64,000 bases of DNA from Bacteroidales bacterium (lineage in GTDB: Bacteria > Bacteroidota > Bacteroidia > Bacteroidales > UBA4417). Below, piece by piece: positions 57,001 to 63,928 of the stretch. The stretch is from the NCBI GenBank assembly GCA_038322655.1, contig JBBQGD010000001.1:7871-71870 (forward strand), written 5' to 3'. Position numbers and translations under genes: made by a program. Positions within the stretch are counted from its first letter, which is position 1. Every line of letters starts with the position of its first letter. Under the pieces are notes generated by a model, which saw only the letters and a program-made list of their open reading frames with translations, was not told where the DNA came from and searched no databases.

Positions 57001-57675
57001 GCTGAACCCGTGCTTGAATTTTATGTAAAAGATACCGGAATCGGTATTCCTGTTGACAGACAAAAAGCGATTTTTGATCGTTTTATCCAGGCCGATATTG
57101 CCGATACCAGGGCCTTTCAGGGAGCCGGGTTAGGCTTGTCGATTGCTAAAGCATATGTTGAAATGCTTGGAGGCAAAATGTGGGTCGAAAGCGAAGAAGG
57201 CGCCGGTTCAACATTCTATTTTACTATTCCTTATAATCCTGTTCAGAAAGTAAAAACGCTTGTACAAGATTCAGCTCTGCCTGCCGGGGAAAGAGATGAG
57301 GTTAAAAAACTGAAGGTATTGATTGTAGAAGATGATGAGATATCTGTTATGCTGCTGATGCTGATGTTGAAACCGTTCAGCAGGAAAACTTTAATAACAG
57401 ATACAGGAGTTGAAGCTATCGAGATTTGTCGGAGCAACCCGGATATCGACCTGGTTTTAATGGACATCAAAATGCCTGTAATGGACGGGTACGAAGCCAC
57501 CAGGCAGATACGGAAATTTAATAAAGAAGTAGTTATTATTGCACAAACAGCCTATGGACTGAGTGGTGACGAGGAAAAGGCGATGGCAGCCGGAAGCAAT
57601 GGTTATATTGCGAAGCCACTGGATCTATCTGTTTTAAAGGGACTGATACAATCACATTTTGATAATATCAGTTGA
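54025..57675 (+). CDS. 5 PAS, GAF, HisKA-HATPase-REC hybrid histidine kinase
   Basis: 1216 aa with no TM segment. The GAF segment is [16 protein letters not shown]...[22 protein letters not shown]. H-box is [16 protein letters not shown]. REC shows VLIVEDDE...[13 protein letters not shown]...IAKP. It starts 9 nt after the upstream kinase stop. Confidence 0.9.
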   Translation: [1216 protein letters not shown]

Positions 57676-57909
57676 TAATAAAATTAGTATACTGCTTCTA
57701 TGCACTAAATAATACGTTTTATTTTTTATGAGCATGACGTGCTTTAAACAAACTCCACTATTCCTGTTGAAAAGGGCCGATTTAGGATTCAGTGATCGAT
57801 TAATAATAGAACCTCATTTTTCAATCCGGTATCTTCTTATACCAATCGAATTGACTTTTTAATTTTTTCTTTTCTATCAGGGTTAAATGAAATACAAATA
57901 TGGAAGCTT

Positions 57910-59592
57910 TTATGATAATGAATGAAGTGTAAAATGAAATGAACTTCCTTTTTCTTCTTCACTTTCGGCCCATATTTTCCCACCTTGTTTTTCAACCAAC
58001 TCCTTGCACATTATCAGCCCAAGTCCTGATGAAAGCTCACCTTCAGTGCCTTTGCGGTTTATTTTTGCCGAAAGGCTGAATAAATTTTCAAGTATAGCTT
58101 TGTTCATACCTATACCATCATCTTTAACTGAAATTGTAACGTTGGATGCTTCAGTTTCCTTAGCATTTATTTCAATCTGGCCTCCTTTTGGGGTGAATTT
58201 TATTGAATTTGATATCAGGTTCCTTAAGATTGTTTCAGTCATTTGGTTATCCACCATTACATTGATAGTATCCGGAACGTTATTTACCAGGGTTATTTTC
58301 TTCGCTTTGGCAGATTCCTGGAGCAGGTTAATGCATTTTTGAACCGGTTTATTCAGTACAATTGTTTGAGGGTTGTAAATGCTGTTCCCCCGCTGAAGTT
58401 GCGACCACTCAAGCAATCCCTGGAGTAACTGAACTATACTGCTGGCTGAAGTATGAATGGATTGTGCGATTTCCCTGATATGGTCCTTTGAAAAACTATC
58501 TATTTCAGCCGTTATCATTCCGGTTAATCCAAGAATCCCATTCATAGGGCTTCGTAGATCATGCGAAACAATTGAAAATAATTTATCCTTTTCAACATTA
58601 AGCTTCTCCAGGCTTTTGTTTTTATTGATAATTTCTCTTTCAGCCAGTTTGCGGGCCGAAATATCTGATAGAATTACAGCAAAATGATTTTCACTGGATT
58701 GATATATTTCAGCTGTATAAAATATTTTCAACTCACGCGAATACGACTCAAAATGAACAGGCTTTCCCGTTATTGCAACTTCAGTATATTTCTGTATAGT
58801 TTTTTGGGATATGGTTGGAACAACTTCCAGAATTGTTTTGCCAAGCACATTTTCTTTTCTGAAGCCGGTTAGTTGTTCATATTTTTCATTTAAGTACGTA
58901 AACCGGTAATTATATGGTTTACCTTCATTGTTAAAGACAATTTTATGAACTGCAAGGCCCTGGTTCATGTTGGTAACCAGCGACCGGAACTGAAGTTCAC
59001 TCGAAGCAAGCTCATCCAGAAGTTCAGTATTGTCTTCCTGGTCTTTCAGTATCTTACCGATAATTAATGTAGCCAGGGGGTAAATGCCAAGTATAGTGAA
59101 AGTCAAGGTTTTAAAGGCAATAATCCGCATTCCGGAAGGAATAGTAATTAAAAGTATAAGCATGGCCAGATGCACTACCAGCCCAAATATATACAGATTA
59201 ACTGTAGTTATGGGTTTATGCATTTTCTGCTTTCTATAGTAAAAAATCAAACCGATAAGGTATGATGAAACTATAACTGAAACTCCTGTTATCAATCCTC
59301 CTCCACCCAGGTAAACCCGGTAAAGTAACGCAATAAGTGTCGCAATCAGCCCGGCAACAGGACCAAAGAAGAGTGTACACAGGCTTAGAACCACACTACG
59401 TCCATCGAAAATAATTCCGACTGAAAGCTCAAATGGATTAAGCATTCCGATTAAAGCAACTGCACCGAAAAGCAGGCCTTGCGAAATGATCCCGGGTATC
59501 GTTTTCCGCTTCCAGTATGTAACAATAAATCCTGATAATGTGCTTACCGCAATAAGTAGCGATAATTTAAATATAAGCTCGATAATTATCAT
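57910..59592 (-). CDS. 5TMR-LYT (LytS-type membrane domain), PAS, HisKA-HATPase sensor kinase
   Basis: 560 aa. The N-terminal membrane module with DGRSVVLSL...FFGPVAGLIA and a second half repeat resembles the 5TM receptor domain of LytS/YhcK. One PAS follows. H-box is LFSIVSHDLRSPMNG and G2 is SSGLGL. No REC. Confidence 0.85.
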   Translation of the reverse strand: MIIIELIFKLSLLIAVSTLSGFIVTYWKRKTIPGIISQGLLFGAVALIGMLNPFELSVGIIFDGRSVVLSLCTLFFGPVAGLIATLIALLYRVYLGGGGLITGVSVIVSSYLIGLIFYYRKQKMHKPITTVNLYIFGLVVHLAMLILLITIPSGMRIIAFKTLTFTILGIYPLATLIIGKILKDQEDNTELLDELASSELQFRSLVTNMNQGLAVHKIVFNNEGKPYNYRFTYLNEKYEQLTGFRKENVLGKTILEVVPTISQKTIQKYTEVAITGKPVHFESYSRELKIFYTAEIYQSSENHFAVILSDISARKLAEREIINKNKSLEKLNVEKDKLFSIVSHDLRSPMNGILGLTGMITAEIDSFSKDHIREIAQSIHTSASSIVQLLQGLLEWSQLQRGNSIYNPQTIVLNKPVQKCINLLQESAKAKKITLVNNVPDTINVMVDNQMTETILRNLISNSIKFTPKGGQIEINAKETEASNVTISVKDDGIGMNKAILENLFSLSAKINRKGTEGELSSGLGLIMCKELVEKQGGKIWAESEEEKGSSFHFTLHSLS

Positions 59593-59779
59593 TGAATGTA
59601 GTTTGAAGTTGAGTATTCAGGCAATCAAATATCCTGATAGCGGTGTTTAGACGGATTGTGATTTTTTTTTGTCACTTTTTTGTAAATTTACACTTTCATT
59701 CAACCTCACCAGAAAGTAAACATAAGGTAAGAATGATTTTAAGCAAACTGTTTTTGGAATTTCAACAGCCACAGTTAAA

Positions 59780-61282
59780 TTATTGTGATTGAGGTAAGGT
59801 AAAATTAAATGTACTTCCTTGCCCTTCAGTACTGTCGGCCCATATTTTTCCACCCTGCTTTTCAACAAACTCTTTACAAAGAATCAGTCCCAGTCCTGTT
59901 GACGGCTCGCCTTCGGTACCTTTCCTGTTTATGTTTTCAGTAAGTATAAAAAGTTTGCTATGTATATCCGGATTCATTCCTATGCCGTAGTCTTTCACTG
60001 AAACCTGCAATATATTATTTTCGGTTTTAGCAGCTGATATTTCTACAATACTGTTTTTAAAAGAAAATTTGATGGCATTCGAAATCAAATTCCTTACAGT
60101 GGTTTCAAGCATATGTATATCTGCAAATACTACATGATGATCAGCAATATTGATTTGAAGTTCAATCCCTTTTTTATTGGCAGCATCTTTCATCAGCTCA
60201 ATGCTTTTATTCAACGACGTCTTAAGAAACATGGGCTGCGGTTCGAATTTAATTTTACCGCGCTGCATTTTTGACCATTCGAGCAGGTTTTCGATCAGCC
60301 GGTAAATATTGACCGCCGACGAACGCATTGTAGTTGCTATTTCTTTAAGCTCGAATGCTGATAAACTCTCAATATCCTCAGCCATTATACCTGTCAGGCC
60401 AAGGAATCCATTCATAGGACCCCGCAGGTCGTGGGCAATAATGGAAAAGAACTTGTCTTTTTCAGCACTGCTTGCATTGAGTAATTCATTTTTCAACCTC
60501 AGTTCTTCTTCTGATTTTTTACGCTGGGTAATTTCTTTCGAGATACAGGTAACCCACAAAATATCACCCCTTATGTCTTTTATCGGGTCAGCCATAGTGA
60601 TGTAATAATTCTCTTCTCCCAGTGGATTAACAACCTTTACTTCAATTTCACCTTTTTCTCCTGTTTGGAATACTTTCCGCACTAGCCTGAGCCTTTTTTC
60701 AGCTTCATCATGTGGAAAAATATCAAAAGGAGTTTTGCCTATTATTTCCTCAGGTTTTTTCCCGAACTGAACCGCAAAAGCATCATTTACAAACCTGTAC
60801 GATTCATCTGGATTAAAACTAAAAATCGGGTCGCTGGAGTACTGAACAAGTAAGCGGTATTTTTCTTCACTTATCCGCAATGCTTCTTCCGCTTTTTTGC
60901 GTTCGGTCATTTCGCGACCGACAGCAATTACAACTTTTTGTCCGAACCACATGCCTGGGGTAAGGCTTATTTCTTTTGGGAAAACCGAACCGTCTTTTCG
61001 TAAACCCCAAAATTCGAATCTAACTGTCTTTCCGTTGTATGCTTCCTTTATATAACTGATAGTCTGATCCAGATCGTTTAAGCCGGGTGCAGATAAAAAC
61101 CCTGGATTTTTACCAATAAAATATTCCTTGTCATAACCATACAATCTTTCAGCAGCAGCGTTAACATCCAAAAAATGTCCTTCTTTGTCCATAATATAAA
61201 TAGCATCGTTCAGGCTGTTGATTATTCCCTTGTACGTGCTTTCAGATAATGTAAGTTTTGATTCAGATTCTTCAGCTTTCAT
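59780..61282 (-). CDS. Cytoplasmic 2-PAS sensor histidine kinase (no receiver)
   Basis: 500 aa. H-box is FFSIIAHDLRGPMNG, N-box RNLISNAIKFS, G1 DYGIGM, G2 STGLGL. Confidence 0.9.
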   Translation of the reverse strand: MKAEESESKLTLSESTYKGIINSLNDAIYIMDKEGHFLDVNAAAERLYGYDKEYFIGKNPGFLSAPGLNDLDQTISYIKEAYNGKTVRFEFWGLRKDGSVFPKEISLTPGMWFGQKVVIAVGREMTERKKAEEALRISEEKYRLLVQYSSDPIFSFNPDESYRFVNDAFAVQFGKKPEEIIGKTPFDIFPHDEAEKRLRLVRKVFQTGEKGEIEVKVVNPLGEENYYITMADPIKDIRGDILWVTCISKEITQRKKSEEELRLKNELLNASSAEKDKFFSIIAHDLRGPMNGFLGLTGIMAEDIESLSAFELKEIATTMRSSAVNIYRLIENLLEWSKMQRGKIKFEPQPMFLKTSLNKSIELMKDAANKKGIELQINIADHHVVFADIHMLETTVRNLISNAIKFSFKNSIVEISAAKTENNILQVSVKDYGIGMNPDIHSKLFILTENINRKGTEGEPSTGLGLILCKEFVEKQGGKIWADSTEGQGSTFNFTLPQSQ

Positions 61283-61940
61283 AAAATCAGATACTAGTAA
61301 TTAGACACATGGATATCAATATAAAATTGACCAGTAGGAAAACTGGCCTTATCAAAACTATTTTTTCCGGAACAAACACATTCATCCGTTGATGGAGAAA
61401 AGACATACTCCTTCTGCGTCACCGGAAATCGTGACTATCTCTTCTGAATCAATGCTCAAATAGCATTTTTTCTTACCTCAACACCCTCATATCCAAATAC
61501 AATCCTGAAGTAATCATCATCCTGGTAAACCCTGATTAGTAAAGTTATTTGCATTTACATGCACTTTACTTCAAGCTAATTCCAATTGGAGGTCATTCAA
61601 AAAAGTATTTGAACGAATACAATTACCATGATGTAGGTTTACAGCTCAAATAAATAACATCAGTGGCAAAAGTCAAATTTATTTAGAGTTCAAATATAAT
61701 GAATGTTCTTTGTAATAAAACACAAATAATTTCAAAATAAAATTCGAGTATTTTAAAAACCTGCTAACAGTATAAAAATTCTGTTTCAATGTATTTCCAG
61801 AGTAATAGAACATCTTCAGGTAATACGCAAATGAAAATGATTGTATTTATCATCCTTGCCTAATGAAGAAGGTTAAATTGTTGTTGATTATTTCTGTATA
61901 ACTTATCACCTTACCGGGGAATCGTCATATCAAAATTCTG

Positions 61941-61948
61941 TAATTTTG
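61941..61948 (+). promoter_or_regulatory. Candidate -7 promoter box (TAATTTTG) for xth-ompA-like genes
   Basis: taattttg matches TAnnTTTG and lies 19 nt upstream of the xth ATG (61968). Confidence 0.45.
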
Positions 61949-61967
61949 CATTCGAAACAGGAGATAT

Positions 61968-62732
61968 ATGAAGATTATCACTTATAATGTCAATGGAATA
62001 CGGGCTGCAATAAGCAAAGGCTTACTTGAATGGCTGCAAGCTACCAACCCGGACATAGTTTGCTTTCAGGAAATAAAAGCCCAGGTCGAACAGATTCCAG
62101 TGATTGAGTTCGAAGCTTTAGGCTACCATACTTATTGGTTCCCGGCTGAAAAGAAGGGGTATAGCGGTGTTGCCATATTATCCAAAACTGAGCCAGATAA
62201 AGTTGTGTATGGGATGGGTATCGAAAAATATGATTTTGAAGGACGGCTTATCCGCGCCGATTATGGCGATAAAAGTGTGATTTCGGTATATCACCCTTCA
62301 GGGACAACCGGTGATCATAGGCAAGCTTTTAAAATGCAATGGCTTGCTGATTTTCAGAACTACATTCTTGAATTAAAAAAAACACGTCCAAACCTTATAA
62401 TTTCAGGTGATTATAACATATGTCACCGTGCAATCGACATCCATGACCCGATTCGCAATGCCACCAGCAGTGGCTTTCTCCCCGAAGAACGCGAATGGGT
62501 GACCGGATTCCTTAATTGCGGATTTATCGATTCGTTCAGGTATTTTGTGAAGGAGCCTCATCATTATACCTGGTGGAGCTATCGTTCCGGCGCCCGCAGC
62601 AGAAACCTTGGCTGGCGCATCGATTATCATATGGTAAGTGATGAACTTGAACAAAATATGCAGCGTGCTGCCATATTGCCATTGGCTGTTCATTCCGATC
62701 ATTGCCCGTCGCTATTGGAAATAAATTTTTAA
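61968..62732 (+). CDS. xth: Exodeoxyribonuclease III (AP endonuclease, EEP fold)
   Basis: 254 aa. Motifs are MKIITYNVNGIRA, DIVCFQEIK, YSGVAILSK, GDYNICH, WWSYR, GWRIDY and SDHCP. Confidence 0.92.
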   Translation: MKIITYNVNGIRAAISKGLLEWLQATNPDIVCFQEIKAQVEQIPVIEFEALGYHTYWFPAEKKGYSGVAILSKTEPDKVVYGMGIEKYDFEGRLIRADYGDKSVISVYHPSGTTGDHRQAFKMQWLADFQNYILELKKTRPNLIISGDYNICHRAIDIHDPIRNATSSGFLPEEREWVTGFLNCGFIDSFRYFVKEPHHYTWWSYRSGARSRNLGWRIDYHMVSDELEQNMQRAAILPLAVHSDHCPSLLEINF

Positions 62733-62769
62733 AGTCCCATTATCATTACAAATTCTTTAACTTTTTTCT

Positions 62770-63729
62770 ATGAATACAACACCGTTTACTAAAATTATCA
62801 GGCTATCGGTTATTGTGCTGCTTGCAACAACATTCGTTTCCTGCGTTTCAACAAAAAAATACGACGCACTTACAGCCACATGCAACCATGAAATTTCAAG
62901 CCTGAATGCAAAGGTTGATGGCCTCAACACCAAGGTGAATGAACTTACATCCGAGAACCAGCGGTATAAGAAAGATCAGGCACAACTCATAGCTGACACT
63001 TCCCGTTTGGGATCAAATCTGCGTGTTCTTACTGCCGAGTATAATGAACTCGATCAGGCTCATGAATTGCTCAAGGTACAGTTTGCAGCTAATTTTGAAG
63101 ATGCTGCAAAAGCTATGACTGAGTTAAAAGCTTTACAGGATAGCTTGCTGGCAAGGGAAGATCGTGTAAATGCTATGCAGAAGGAACTGGATATTAAAGG
63201 CAAAAATCTTGCTGACCTGCAGATGGCTATTCACAAAAAAGATTCAATCACCAATGCAATTCGCAAAGCTGTAGCTGATGCTTTGATGGGTTTTGAAGGT
63301 AAAGGACTTACCGTTCATATGAAGGATGGTAAAGTGTATGTTTCACTCGAAGAGAAACTGCTTTTTGCCTCCGGTAAATGGGATGTAAGTAAAGATGGTA
63401 TTTCTGCACTTAAAAATCTCGCCAAAGTGCTTCAGGACAATCCGGATATCAATATTCTTATTGAAGGTCATACTGATAATGTACCGTTAAACAGTCAGAA
63501 CCAGGTAGCAGACAATTGGGATCTGAGTGTAATGCGTGCAACCTCAATAGTGAAAATTATTCTTGCCAATGGTAAGATTGATCCAATCAGGCTTGTAGCC
63601 TCGGGTCGGGGTGAATTTTTGCCTGTGGAGCCTAATACTTCAGCTGCTAACAAAGCCAAAAACCGTAGGACTGAGATAATCCTTTCGCCCAAACTTGATG
63701 AACTCATGCAGATTATCGGAAGTAAATAA
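62770..63729 (+). CDS. OmpA-family (OmpA/MotB C-terminal domain) lipoprotein with coiled-coil N-terminal half
   Basis: The signal peptide has a lipobox-like Cys (LLATTFVSC). A heptad-rich segment follows. The C-terminal OmpA-like domain shows ILIEGHTDNVP..., NWDLSVMRATSIV, ASGRGEF.P and NRRTEIIL. It starts 37 nt after xth. Confidence 0.85.
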   Translation: MNTTPFTKIIRLSVIVLLATTFVSCVSTKKYDALTATCNHEISSLNAKVDGLNTKVNELTSENQRYKKDQAQLIADTSRLGSNLRVLTAEYNELDQAHELLKVQFAANFEDAAKAMTELKALQDSLLAREDRVNAMQKELDIKGKNLADLQMAIHKKDSITNAIRKAVADALMGFEGKGLTVHMKDGKVYVSLEEKLLFASGKWDVSKDGISALKNLAKVLQDNPDINILIEGHTDNVPLNSQNQVADNWDLSVMRATSIVKIILANGKIDPIRLVASGRGEFLPVEPNTSAANKAKNRRTEIILSPKLDELMQIIGSK

Positions 63730-63803
63730 TCCGTAACATTATTTTAAAGCGTAAATTTGTACTGCATTATGCAAGCAGGCAAATATCATATTTCAGAATA
63801 AAC

Positions 63804-63834
63804 CAGGGATTGCTGATCATATCAGCAATCCCTG
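63804..63834 (+). terminator. Perfect 14-bp inverted repeat downstream of the OmpA-family gene (possible terminator hairpin)
   Basis: cagggattgctgat (63804-63817), a 3-nt loop cat, then atcagcaatccctg (63821-63834). It lies 75 nt after the stop codon. No T-tract follows, so terminator function is uncertain. Confidence 0.4.
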
Positions 63835-63852
63835 ATTGTGTGTAAAAGAATC

Positions 63853-63928
63853 AACCATGCAAAAAGACCATTAGTGTTTTAATCAGGATGAACAGGCTTA
63901 TGCCTGAAAAAATTTTGCATGGTTTTTT
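63853..63928 (+). terminator. Nested inverted repeats ending in a T-tract (terminator or small structured RNA)
   Basis: The outer 12-bp stem pairs aaccatgcaaaa (63853-63864) with ttttgcatggtt (63913-63924). It encloses an inner hairpin of caggc (63893-63897) and gcctg (63902-63906) and is followed by tttt (63925-63928). Confidence 0.35.

Noticed and set aside
59647-59868. 73-aa minus-strand ORF bridging the gap between the last two kinases
   Set aside because: It overlaps the 3' end of the 59780-61282 kinase in another frame and has no recognisable features.
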